A DNA stretch of 64,000 nucleotides. Source: Candidatus Multivoradales bacterium. Lineage in GTDB: Bacteria; Acidobacteriota; Thermoanaerobaculia; Multivoradales; JAHEKO01. Below the pieces are notes generated by a model, which saw nothing but the letters and a program-made list of their open reading frames with translations, did not search any database and was not told the origin of the DNA. The stretch spans positions 1 through 64,000 of the forward strand of contig CBDCVR010000015.1 of assembly GCA_965223155.1 (NCBI GenBank). Direction: 5' to 3'. Shown here in pieces: positions 27,180 to 37,142 of the stretch. The stretch's first letter is position 1, and every line of letters starts with the position of its first letter. Both the position numbers and the translations under genes were made by a program.

Positions 27180-30100
27180 CTAACGAGGCTCCGCCGTCTC
27201 CCGCAGGATGCGCCAGAGATCTCCCTCGCGAACCAGGTCCAGGGTCTTGCGCACCCGGTCCTGAAAGGTGTTCGAGCGATAGCGCTGGTCAAAGGAGACC
27301 GTGGCGCGGGTATCCGACGCGATCGACGTCTCGAAGCTTTCGACCTCGACTTGGATGAAGCTGGGCCGGCTCAGGCGGTCGCGCCGCTGCTCGCGCCAGG
27401 CGTCAAGCGTCAGGTCCCCGGCCGGCTCGAACTCACCCGAGTAGAAGCTCAGATAGTCCTCGACCCGCTGGCCGGACCAGGCGGCGGCCCAGGCACGAGC
27501 CAGTGCTTCCAGATCCCCAGCCGAGGGAGCCTCGGCCGCAAGGCCCACGGGCTGCCGCGGCGCGATCGGTTCTTCCGCGGGCATCTCCGCGGGCTCGCCA
27601 ACCGCTTCGACCGCTTCTTCAGCCCGTTCCCCGCCGAGGGGCTCAGCCGGTTCGGCCTTGGCGAGGGTAGCTTCGGGGTCGGCGGAACCCGTGACCTCCG
27701 GGTCCGCGAGTGCCAGCTCGGCCAGCCGGTTCTCCAGATCCGCTCGGTGGCCTCGCTCCCGATCCAGATCACGAAGGTTCTCCGCCAGCCGCGCCTCGAG
27801 ATCGGCGCGACGCAGCTCGGCGGCCTCCAGGGCCGCCGTCAGACCGCCCGTTTCGCCCTCCAGGGCCTCGATCCTTTCTTGCCATTCCTCCGGGCCGGGC
27901 GCCGCCGCGGCCGCGGCCAAGCGCGTCTCCGCCTCCCCCAGAGCCGAGGTCAGGCGACCGACTTCCTGGTCCCGATCGGTGAGATCGGACCGGATTTCCC
28001 CCAGCTCGGCTTCGAGGCCGGCAAGCCGCTCGGTGAGCGCGGCGATCTCAGCCGTGGCGGCGGCCCGGGAGCTTTCCGCCGACTGGGCCCGCTCGGCCTG
28101 CTCGGCTAGCTCAGCCATCTTAGCCAGCGCGGCATCCTCAGCCTGCGCCTCGGCTTCCAAGTCCGCCACCCGAACCTTGAGCCCATCGCGCTCGTCCGTC
28201 ACCTCGGCCAGCTGGCGATCGAATGCCTCGAGTTCGGCCTCGTGATCCCGCCGAACCGCCTCGACTGTGTCGGCGCTCGTGGCCAGAGGCTGCAAGCGGT
28301 CGACTTCCGCCTGGAGGCCGGCAATCCGGGCCTCCAGCTCTTGCCGCTCGCGCTCGCGCTCGTCGGCGCCGGTGTCGAGCGCGACCTCCAGCTCGGAAAC
28401 CCGAGCCTGCGCCTCAGCCAGAGAGCCGGACAGGTCCTCACCCTGCTGCCGGGCCTCCTGGACTCGGGTCTCAGACTCCGATCGGGCCGCCTCGGCTTCG
28501 GCCAGGGCGCTCTGGGCCTCCTCGCGCTCGGCTTCCAGCAGGACAATGCGGTCGGCCTGGTCAGCCTGCCCTCGGACCTCGGCTTCCAATTCGGTCAGAC
28601 GGTCCCGCAGGCCGCCGACCTCGGCGCTCAGAGCGTCTCGCTCCTCACGCAGGCTCGCCGCCTCCCCTTCGAACGAGTTCGCCGCGTCGGCGCGCTCGGC
28701 CAGAGTCGTCCGCGCTTCCGCCGACTCGGCTTCGAGCTCTCCCACCCGGGCCTGTGCCTGCCGCAGGTCTCGAGTCACCACCATCTCGACGAAGTCCTTG
28801 TGGAACCAGCCTTCCCGTTCGTCAGCCAGGCGAACTCGCAGCCACTCGCCCTCGAGAGCGAGAGGCGTCGCCTGGGTCCCGGGCTCCAGACAATCGATCG
28901 GCGCATCGTCGGTACCGGGAGTCTGCCGCAGGCTAAGGCACGGATCCGTCTCGGGCTTGACCGCGAGCTGGCCCACGCCAAGCATCGCCAGCGCCACCAC
29001 CCGTTCGCTCGGGATCCGGTCTGCCAGGGCGCTCGAGCCGGCGGCATGGCTTGCGAGCTCGGCCTCCAGCGCCGCGGCACGCGCGACGGCGGCTTCGAGC
29101 TGGTCGGCCGCGCTCTCTTGCTCGGCCTGGCCGCGGGCCAACGCCTCGGCCAATCGACCGACCTCGGCCTCCGCCTGCTCCAGACGGCTAGCCAGGGCGG
29201 CTGCGGCTTCGGTCTCGCCCTCGCGAGCCGCGGCGAGCTGGGTCTCGCGATCAGCCAATGCCTGGGTCAAACGGACCACCTCGGCCTCCGCCTGCGCCAG
29301 CCGCTCCAGTCGACCGGCCACCTCGGCCTCGGCCTGCTCCAGTCGCTCCAGCCGGCCGGCCGCCTCTGTCGCTGCCTTGGCCCCATCCTCACGCGCCGCG
29401 GCGAGCTGGGTCTCGCGATCGGCCAGTGCCTGGGTCAGCCGGACCGCGTCGGCCTCGGCTTCTTCCAACCGCGCCGCCAGTGCCGTCGCGACCTCCTGTT
29501 CGCCGGCGCGCTCGGTGCTTCGCTGGGTCTCCAACCGCGCCAGGCGTTGGCGCAGGTCGTCAGATTCGGCCTCGTGACCATCGTCAGCCGGTCGGTTGCG
29601 TCGCGAACGCCCGCCGGTTCGAGGAAGCGCGCCGCGACCCAGCCGCGGGCGCCGGCGGCGGTCGCCACCGCGAGCCAGTCCGCGACTCCGTCCTGGACCG
29701 TTACCGAGGTCCCGGGGTCCAGGCAGTCCAGCTTGGCGCTGCCGGTACCCGGGTCCGAGCGCAGGGTCAGACACGGCTCGGCCTCCGGGCTGACCAGCAG
29801 GGCCTCCAGTCCGAGCCCTTGAAGCAAAGCGTCGAAGCGCTTCTCGGCCTGGCTCGCCCACTCCCTCATACCGTCTAGCTCCTGCTGTGCCAGGGCCAGA
29901 TCCCGGCGACTCGTTTCGAGCTCGCGCTGGAGCCTGGCGGACTGATCCTCGGCCTGGTCGGCCCGACCCGCCCGCCGCTCGAGATCGGTAACCCGTGCCC
30001 GAGCCTGCCCGAGCTGCCGGCCGGCCTCGGCGCTCTCCGCCCGGGCGGCCTCGAGCTCGCCTTCGAGCTGGACACGCTCCGCTCGGAAGCGGCTCAACTC

Positions 30101-31450
30101 CTCACGCTGGCGGCCCGCATCCACCGCATGGGCGGGAAGGACGCTGCCGGCCTCGACCCAGCCCTCTCGACCGCTTTCGGCACGGACCCGAAGCCAGCCG
30201 GGGCGCAGATTGAGCACCTGCAGGGCGCCGCCAGCGGGCACGCATTCGAGCTCCACCCCACGGGCGTCACTGGAAGGCCGTAGCGGCGCGCAACGGTCGG
30301 CGTCACGCCGCACCGCGACAGCCTCGGCACCCAGCAGGCCCGGCGCCGCGCGCAAGGCCGAGCGCAAGACGGCCTCAGTAGAGCGGCTGCGTTCGAGCTC
30401 TCGGGCCAACTGGGCGATCCGCCGACGCTCGGCATCGAGCTCTGTGCCGGTCCCGTCGGCAGCGGCGAGACGGGCCCGCAGCTCGCTCGATTCGTCTTCG
30501 AGAGCGGCGAGCCGCTGCTGGAGCTCAGCGCTCTCGGTCGCGGCGGTCTGGAGCTCGGCGCCGAGGCGCTGGACCTCGGATTCGAGCCGTTCTGCGTCGC
30601 GCGCGGCAGCTTGACCGAGATCGGCCTCGGAGCCCGCCGCTTCGAGGCGATCCTGGAGTTCGGTGACCCGCGCCGCCAGGGCCTGGCGGGCGGTCTCGGC
30701 GCCGGAGACCGCGGCGCGAGCGTCGGCGAGCTCTCGGTCGCGATCGGCCACGGCGGCACGAGCCGCCTCGAGCTCGGTTTCGAGGCGCTTTGCTTCGGCC
30801 GTGAGCTGGGCTTGGAGCTCGGGATCGGGCGCCGGCGCTGCCGCCAACTCCTCACGCGCTTGGCGCAAGGATTCCACGAGTTCCAGGCGATCGGCGTGGA
30901 GCTCGGCCATGCGCTGTTTCAGGGACTGGTTTTCGGTCTCCAGCCCTTCCAGCTTCCGGGTGGCTTCGGCCAGCGGGTCGGCCGGCCGCCGTCTCGGAGC
31001 GTCCGCGCCGCCTCCGGCCGCGCGCACCCGGATCACCAGACCGCCGCTCGAAGGCGCAACCTCGGCCTCAATCGGGGCGCGGCCGTGGACCACCAGGCGG
31101 GTCGTCGGGACACCATCCGGCACCGAAAACCCCACTTCCACCTCGGACACGATTCCCGACCTCGCGGTTCGGTCCAGGGCCGAGGGACCGGGCACGGCGT
31201 TGGGCAGATGGACGGTGAGCCGGTCGGCACCGGAGTACCCCGAAGAGCCCGGCTCGATCCTCGAGCTCATGCCGGCTTCCCCGATCACCAAGATCGTGGA
31301 CTCGGCTCCGTCGACTCTCAGGGATACGTTTTGAATCTCGACCGGAAACTCACTCTGCGCCCCAACCGGTGCCGACGTGATCGCCGCCGCCAGAAGCAAG
31401 AGCCCAATGCCGCAAAGCGGTTGCCGTCGGCCAGTCCTGAATTGCTGCAC
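27180..31450 (-). CDS. Large secreted protein: AMIN-like N-terminus, long coiled coils, three SH3b domains, C-terminal NTF2-like domain (frameshift near 29575)
   Basis: GTG 31450 plus signal peptide; SH3b units C-x-x-LR..C..W-L-x-V..GW; C-terminal WAAAWS..YLSFYS..F.Q.Y.S..D...K.L......W.I..E; the two ORFs join at RLTMV/EAESDDLRQ. Confidence 0.75.
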
Positions 31451-31562
31451 GTGTCTACCTCGCTGCCGCCGCAAGCCGGGCGGAGTTGCAACCCTCGAAG
31501 TTGGCGATGATACCAAGCCGCCCTGTGTCCTCCCGGGGCAGCAGTAAACTGGACCCGGAGCG

Positions 31563-32114
31563 ATGCGTAGCGATCCGGGCGCTCGGGAGCCGAGCGATGT
31601 ATCGGCGTTGCTGGCCGACGTCAAGCCGACCGCATTGCGGATCTGTAGCCGCTATCGGATTCCGCCCCAGGACGCCGAGGACATGCTGCAGCAGACAACG
31701 CTGGCGATGCTCGACAGCCGCCGTCCGATTCACAACCCTCGCGCCTGGTTCGCCGGCACGCTGCGCAATCAGTGCCTGATGTACTGGCGCCGGCGGCGCC
31801 GCCGCCTCTACCAGGCGGTGGACTCAGCCGTTCTCGAAGCCCTGGCCGACCCCACTGAGCCCGAGCAGCGGCGGGTCGAGTTCTCCCGCGATCTCTCTCG
31901 AACGATGCGCTCACTTCCGGACCGCTGCCGGAACGTCCTGAAGCTGCGCTATGGGCTCGGCTGCCGCCCCAAAGAGGCCGCGGAACGGCTCGGGTACCGA
32001 ACCTCGAGCATCTACAAGATCCTGGAACGCTGCTTGGCCGCCCTGTCCAAGAACCTGCTGGCGCGCGATCCCAACGCCGAGGCGGCGTGCTCACCCCGAT
32101 CCGAGCCGATCTAA
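31563..32114 (+). CDS. ECF-type sigma factor (no adjacent anti-sigma)
   Basis: DAEDMLQQT, NPRAWFAGTLRN, LPDRCRNVLKLRYGLG..EAAERLG. Confidence 0.8.
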   Translation: MRSDPGAREPSDVSALLADVKPTALRICSRYRIPPQDAEDMLQQTTLAMLDSRRPIHNPRAWFAGTLRNQCLMYWRRRRRRLYQAVDSAVLEALADPTEPEQRRVEFSRDLSRTMRSLPDRCRNVLKLRYGLGCRPKEAAERLGYRTSSIYKILERCLAALSKNLLARDPNAEAACSPRSEPI

Positions 32115-32220
32115 GAAAAACCCCACCCAGGGGATTCAAGGTCGGGGCCCGCTTCCGGCCCGTGCTAGTCTCTCGCCCGGCCCCGTCGGTGCCCGCCCCT
32201 GTCCGGCCACCCACCCGCCC

Positions 32221-33555
32221 ATGCGCCCGAAGCGAACGCAGCTCAGTCTCTGGATCTCGGTGCTGGCGCTCGCTTACGGCTGTGCCCAGGAGCCGGAGCC
32301 GGACCCGCAACCCGCGGGAGCGGCCGCGAACGTCCTCCTCATCTCGATTGACACGCTCCGGGCCGACCATCTGGGCTGCTACGGCTACGACCGGCCAACC
32401 TCGCCGGGGCTGGACGAGCTCTGCCGGGACTCGGCGGTTTTCGAGCAGGCGATGGCGCACGCACCCTCCACCGTCCACTCCCATGCCTCGATCCTGACCT
32501 CGCTCCTACCCCATCACCACAACGCCTCTTGGGGAGCCAAGACCGCGCTGTCGCCCGAGGCCCTGACGCTGGCCGAGGTTCTGGGCGAAGCCGGCTACGC
32601 CACCGCCGCGTTCACCGGCGGCGGGCAGATGGACCGGGTGTTCGGTCTCGACCAGGGGTTCGATCTCTACCAGCAGCCCGGACACGAACGCTTCGCCGGC
32701 ACCGTCGGCGAGGCGGTGGAGTGGCTGGAACAGGAGCCGCGGGAGCCCTTCTTCCTCTTCTTGCACACGTACGAGACGCACCACCCCTACGAGCCGGAGG
32801 CTGAGTACCTCGAAGCCTTCGATACGGGCTATTCCGGCGATCTCCCGGACGCGATCAGCGTCGACTTCCTACGCGCGCTGAATCGCAAGGAGTTCGAGGT
32901 CGACGAGGCTGACGTCCAGCACATCGTCAATACCTACGACGGCGAGATCCGCTCGATGGACCACGCTCTCGGGGGCCTGATGGCGTATCTGAAGGAGCAG
33001 GGCCTCTACGAGAACACCTTGATCGTCTTCACCTCGGATCACGGCGAAGAGTTCGGCGAGCACGGCCGCATCGGCTGGCACTCACACTCGCTCTACGACG
33101 AGTTGCTCCACGTCCCACTGGTCGTCAAGTTTCCAGGCGACGTCCACTCCGGCGTGCGCAGTCCGGTGCAGGTTCGGGGTATCGACATTGCTCCCACGAT
33201 TCTGGCGAGCCTGGGCATCGGGGTCCCGGATGAGTTTGCCGGCACCGACCTGGCCGGGGTCCTGGCGGGATCGAGTCCGGTGCTGCCGGCGATCAGCCGC
33301 CGGGACCGGCCCGCCCGCCGGACCTTCGACTCGATCCGCGTGCCGGGCTGGAAGCTGTACCAGGGGCAGCTCTTCGATCTCAATGACGACCCCGAAGAGC
33401 TCTGGGACACCGCCTTCAGCAATCCCACCAAGGTGCGCGAGCTCGAGGAGTTTCTAGAGAGCGAGCTGGCCGCCCGCGAGGGTTTCGACAGCCCCCGGCT
33501 GATGCCTACCGACAAGACGCTCGAAGAGCTCCGCAAGCTCGGCTACATTCAGTAG
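32221..33555 (+). CDS. Sulfatase-like lipoprotein (alkaline phosphatase superfamily)
   Basis: Lipobox LAYGC; NVLLISIDTLRADHLG, TVHSHASILT, HTYETHHPY, YDGEI, SDHGE, LRKLGYI. Confidence 0.88.
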   Translation: MRPKRTQLSLWISVLALAYGCAQEPEPDPQPAGAAANVLLISIDTLRADHLGCYGYDRPTSPGLDELCRDSAVFEQAMAHAPSTVHSHASILTSLLPHHHNASWGAKTALSPEALTLAEVLGEAGYATAAFTGGGQMDRVFGLDQGFDLYQQPGHERFAGTVGEAVEWLEQEPREPFFLFLHTYETHHPYEPEAEYLEAFDTGYSGDLPDAISVDFLRALNRKEFEVDEADVQHIVNTYDGEIRSMDHALGGLMAYLKEQGLYENTLIVFTSDHGEEFGEHGRIGWHSHSLYDELLHVPLVVKFPGDVHSGVRSPVQVRGIDIAPTILASLGIGVPDEFAGTDLAGVLAGSSPVLPAISRRDRPARRTFDSIRVPGWKLYQGQLFDLNDDPEELWDTAFSNPTKVRELEEFLESELAAREGFDSPRLMPTDKTLEELRKLGYIQ

Positions 33556-33580
33556 CCCGCACTCAATCACCCCACGGCCG

Positions 33581-33613
33581 AACAAAGAAATGGGCCGGAC
33601 ATGCGTCCGGCCC
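33581..33613 (-). terminator. Rho-independent terminator
   Basis: Perfect 9-bp stem gggccggac/gtccggccc followed by a U-rich tract on the minus strand. Confidence 0.75.
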
Positions 33614-33672
33614 TGAAACCGCGCGGCGAACGGGGAAGGAGGGGACCCGTCGGCCGCGAAAGCTATGAAGCC
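33581..33672 (-). ncRNA. Candidate sRNA: hairpin with CU-rich (anti-SD) loop followed by an intrinsic terminator
   Basis: -10 TAGACT at 33678-33683; stem 33622-33658 with loop UCCCCUCCUUC; terminator stem 33592-33613 followed by AUUUCUUUGUU. Confidence 0.5.
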
Positions 33673-33777
33673 CCTAGAGTCTAGGGCTCGAGCTCGGGAC
33701 GCGCTGTGGCCTGGGCCACAGCCGTCCGCGAACGGCCAGCCCGGTCCTCTGGCCGCAATCGGGCCCGGTAGCCCTTC

Positions 33778-34104
33778 TTAGGACGGGCTTGGGGGCGTGC
33801 CGTCGTCGTCCGCCGGTCCCAGCTCGTCGAACGCCTTGCGGGCGGCGTCGGCAAGCTCGTCGTCGCCGGTCAGCGCCCGGATGCACTTGGGCAGGAACGA
33901 GGCCGGCTCCTCGCCGAGCGCCCACTCGAAGCGATGGAGTAACTCGATCAGCAGAAACGAGAACGCGGCGCTATCCAGCGTCCGGTCGTCCAGCTGGTTG
34001 GCAATCTTCTGGAAGACCAGATCGCGGGCCCTGGAGTTCGGACCCAGCGTACGCAGGCGGGCCAGGATCACCTCCCGATCCGGGAGCTCGACAAAATGCT
34101 GCAT
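33778..34104 (-). CDS. Hypothetical helical protein
   Basis: 108-aa ORF with protein-like composition filling the intergenic space. Confidence 0.6.
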   Translation of the reverse strand: MQHFVELPDREVILARLRTLGPNSRARDLVFQKIANQLDDRTLDSAAFSFLLIELLHRFEWALGEEPASFLPKCIRALTGDDELADAARKAFDELGPADDDGTPPSPS

Positions 34105-34170
34105 CGGATTGGTGCCGGTCCGCTATGATCGCGGACGCGCATCTAACGCAATTGTGACGTAGAGACCGCG

Positions 34171-34599
34171 ATGGAGCAAACGTCAGCCACAGCTCTCGAG
34201 GTGTTTTCGCCGGAGTGGACTACCGCCCTGGGTGCCGCGATCGACGTGGATGCCGGGTACCGGGATCTGGCTCGAGACTGGAAGGGCGTCTTGGGGCTGC
34301 GTGCCACGGATCTGGCCGGCGGCCGCACGGCCATCCTGGATCTCCAGGAGGGACGCTGCCGGAACACCTCGAACGACGTCGAGGCGTACCCGCCCGAGTA
34401 CGTCCTGGAGGCCGAGCTCGCAACCTGGAAGAAGGTGCTGGAGGGCACGATCGATCCGATCTGGGGTCTGATGTCGGGCCAGATCCGGCTGGGCTCTGGG
34501 GCGCTGGCCGATCTCCTGCCACAAGCGCAGGCGGCCCAGCGCATCGTCGCCTGCGCGCGCGACTTGCCCGCGGTGTTTCCCGAGGTTGCGGAACCATGA
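34171..34599 (+). CDS. SCP2 sterol/lipid-binding domain protein
   Basis: FSPEW, YRDLARDWKG, WKKVLEGTIDPIWGLMSGQIRL. Confidence 0.8.
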   Translation: MEQTSATALEVFSPEWTTALGAAIDVDAGYRDLARDWKGVLGLRATDLAGGRTAILDLQEGRCRNTSNDVEAYPPEYVLEAELATWKKVLEGTIDPIWGLMSGQIRLGSGALADLLPQAQAAQRIVACARDLPAVFPEVAEP

Positions 34600-35603
34600 C
34601 GTCCGGCGAGCGCATCTATCAGACCACCAGCCGCAAGGGCCTCGACGGCGCGATTCTGCCCATGCGCCTGTGGCAGCGCGCCAAGCGAATCGGTATCTGG
34701 AACCCGGTCGAGATCGACTTCTCCCAGGACCGCCGGGACTGGCGGAAGCTGGACGCTCTCGAACGCACCGTCCTCCTCCACCTGAGCTCGCTCTTTCAGG
34801 CCGGGGAGGAGTCGGTCACCCTGGATCTGTTGCCACTCATTGCCACGGTCGCCGCCGAGGGCCGGCTGGAGGAAGAGATCTACCTGACCTCGTTCCTGTG
34901 GGAGGAAGCCAAGCACGTGGAGCTGTTTCGGCGTTTCCTCGACGAGGTGGCCGAGGACTCGAGCGATCTCGCCCGCTTCCACTCGCCGGCCTATCGCGGG
35001 ATCTTCTACGACGAGCTGCCCACCGCCCTGGCGGCGCTCTGGACCGACCGATCGCCCCCGGCTCAGGCCCGGGCCTCGGTCGTCTACAACATGATCGTCG
35101 AAGGCGTCCTGGCCGAGACCGGATACCACGCCTACTACCGGATGCTCGAGGACAACGACCTGATGCCGGGGATGCAGCAGGCGGTCCGCTACCTGCAAGC
35201 GGACGAGGCCCGGCACCTGGCCTACGGCGTCTACCTGCTCTCGCGGCTGGTCGCCGAGCACGGCGAGCCGGTGTGGACGGCTATCGACGAACACATGAAC
35301 CGTCTGGCGCCACTCGCTCTGGACATCATCCGGGAAGTGTTCGACGCCTACGACACGATGCCGTTCGGACTCGACTTCGGGACCTTCTCGGGCTTCGCCT
35401 TGACCCAGTTCCAGAAGCGCTACGCCCGCATCGAGAAGGCGCGGGCGGCCAGCCTGGCCGACATCGACGCCCAGTCTCTGGAGGAGCTCTCCGAGCCGGA
35501 CGGGGACGTGCGGCGGAGCTCCTCAGGCGACTCGGTTCCCGGCTCGAGCCCCGGCCTGGAGACCTCCGAAACAACCCCGCCAGGCCCGCGTAGTGCAGCT
35601 TGA
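34596..35603 (+). CDS. R2-like ligand-binding oxidase (Mn/Fe R2lox)
   Basis: WNPVEIDFSQD, GEESVTLDL, WEEAKH, YNMIVEGVLAETGY, DEARH; ATGA overlap with SCP2. Confidence 0.9.
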   Translation: MTSGERIYQTTSRKGLDGAILPMRLWQRAKRIGIWNPVEIDFSQDRRDWRKLDALERTVLLHLSSLFQAGEESVTLDLLPLIATVAAEGRLEEEIYLTSFLWEEAKHVELFRRFLDEVAEDSSDLARFHSPAYRGIFYDELPTALAALWTDRSPPAQARASVVYNMIVEGVLAETGYHAYYRMLEDNDLMPGMQQAVRYLQADEARHLAYGVYLLSRLVAEHGEPVWTAIDEHMNRLAPLALDIIREVFDAYDTMPFGLDFGTFSGFALTQFQKRYARIEKARAASLADIDAQSLEELSEPDGDVRRSSSGDSVPGSSPGLETSETTPPGPRSAA

Positions 35604-35615
35604 GGAGCACGCACG

Positions 35616-35816
35616 ATGGCCAATACCAGGAATCCCCTGCACCGATCCCGAAGCCATCGAGTCATCGCCGGAGTCTGCGGTGGTCTCGCCCAATGGCTGG
35701 GCTGGGACCCAACGGTCATCCGGCTGCTGTACGTCATCGTCTCGATCGTCTCCGCCGGCTTCCCGGGAATCCTGGTCTATGTGATTCTCTGGGTCCTGAT
35801 GCCGGAGAAGTCGTAG
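35616..35816 (+). CDS. PspC domain protein
   Basis: LHRSRSHRVIAGVCGGLA..DPTVIRL..YVILWVLMP. Confidence 0.9.
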   Translation: MANTRNPLHRSRSHRVIAGVCGGLAQWLGWDPTVIRLLYVIVSIVSAGFPGILVYVILWVLMPEKS

Positions 35817-35849
35817 GGCGCAGGCCTCGAATTCCGCAGCGGGCAGCCA

Positions 35850-37019
35850 GTGTTCGGACGCCGGTTCAAGATCTTCGACGCCTTCGGGATTCCCGTCTTC
35901 GTCGACCTGAGCTGGTTCGTCGTCGCCCTGCTGATCGCCTGGTCGCTGGCCGGCAACGCCTTCCCGCAGAGCCTCCCGGGCCGTTCGAGCGGCTCGTACT
36001 GGCTCATGGGCAGCATCGCGACCCTGGGACTCTTCTTGTCGATCCTGCTCCACGAGTTCGGCCACGCCCTGGTGGCGCGCCGCTTCGCGGTCCCGATTCG
36101 AGGCATCACGCTCTTCATCTTCGGTGGCGTGGCCGAGATGGAGGACGAGCCGCCCAGCGCCAAGGCCGAGTTCCTGGTCGCCATCGCCGGGCCCTTGGTA
36201 AGCGTCGCCCTGGGTGTCGTCGCGCTGGGTACCGCGGCGATTTTGGGCGGACCTCCCTCGGCCACGACGGTCCTCGAGTTCCTGGGCGGTTTGAACCTCG
36301 TTCTCGTCGCCTTCAACATGATCCCCGCGTTTCCCCTCGACGGCGGCAGGGTGCTGCGCTCGGCGCTCTGGCATGTGCGCGGCGACCTGCGCTGGGCCAC
36401 TCGCGTCACTTCCGCGATCGGCTCGGGTTTCGGCATCCTCCTGATCGGCCTGGGTCTCTATCGCGCGCTCTTCGCCGGGGATCTCATCGGCGGGCTCTGG
36501 AGCTTCATGATCGGCATGTTCCTGCGCAACGCCGCGCAGATGTCGTACAAGCAGCTCGTGATGCGCAAATCCCTCGAAGGCGAACCGGTGTCGCGCTTCA
36601 TGATCGCCGATCCGGTCACCGTGCCGCGCTCGACCCCGGTCTCGGAGCTGGTCGAGAGCTACATTTACCGCCATCACTTCAAGATGTTCCCGGTGGTGGA
36701 GGGCGGCCGCCTGCTGGGCTGCGTGACCACCCGCGCGGTCAAGGCGCTTCCCCGGGCCGAGTGGGACCGGCAAAGCGTGAGCGCGATCATGGAGCCCTGC
36801 TCCAGCGCCAACACCATCGATCCCGAGGCCGACGCCATGGAGGCGCTGGCCCGCATGAGCCGGGCCGGCGCCTCGCGCCTGCTGGTGGCTCGGGACGGCG
36901 AACTCTTGGGCATCCTTGCGCTCAAGGATCTGGTGCGCTTCCTGGCCCTCAAGATCGAGCTCGAGGGCACCGGCGGTGGCCGTGCCGAGCCCGACCCACC
37001 GGCGGCCGGTACCGATTGA
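35850..37019 (+). CDS. Site-2 protease (M50) with two CBS domains
   Basis: HEFGH, GGVA, AGP, FNMIPAFPLDGG, C-terminal CBS pair. Confidence 0.92.
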   Translation: MFGRRFKIFDAFGIPVFVDLSWFVVALLIAWSLAGNAFPQSLPGRSSGSYWLMGSIATLGLFLSILLHEFGHALVARRFAVPIRGITLFIFGGVAEMEDEPPSAKAEFLVAIAGPLVSVALGVVALGTAAILGGPPSATTVLEFLGGLNLVLVAFNMIPAFPLDGGRVLRSALWHVRGDLRWATRVTSAIGSGFGILLIGLGLYRALFAGDLIGGLWSFMIGMFLRNAAQMSYKQLVMRKSLEGEPVSRFMIADPVTVPRSTPVSELVESYIYRHHFKMFPVVEGGRLLGCVTTRAVKALPRAEWDRQSVSAIMEPCSSANTIDPEADAMEALARMSRAGASRLLVARDGELLGILALKDLVRFLALKIELEGTGGGRAEPDPPAAGTD

Positions 37020-37142
37020 CAGCCCGAACGGACGCGGCTAGCCTGATCGCCTCACCGGAACCGTTACGCGAATTCCCGAGCGAGAACCAGCAGCCCGTGG
37101 CAGAAGGCAGCCGAGTGCTATCCAGAAGAACGGAAGCGACCC

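Noticed and set aside
29560-29590. Programmed frameshift in the SH3b coiled-coil gene
   Set aside because: No slippery heptamer or homopolymer at the junction; other indels in the window make a sequencing error more likely.
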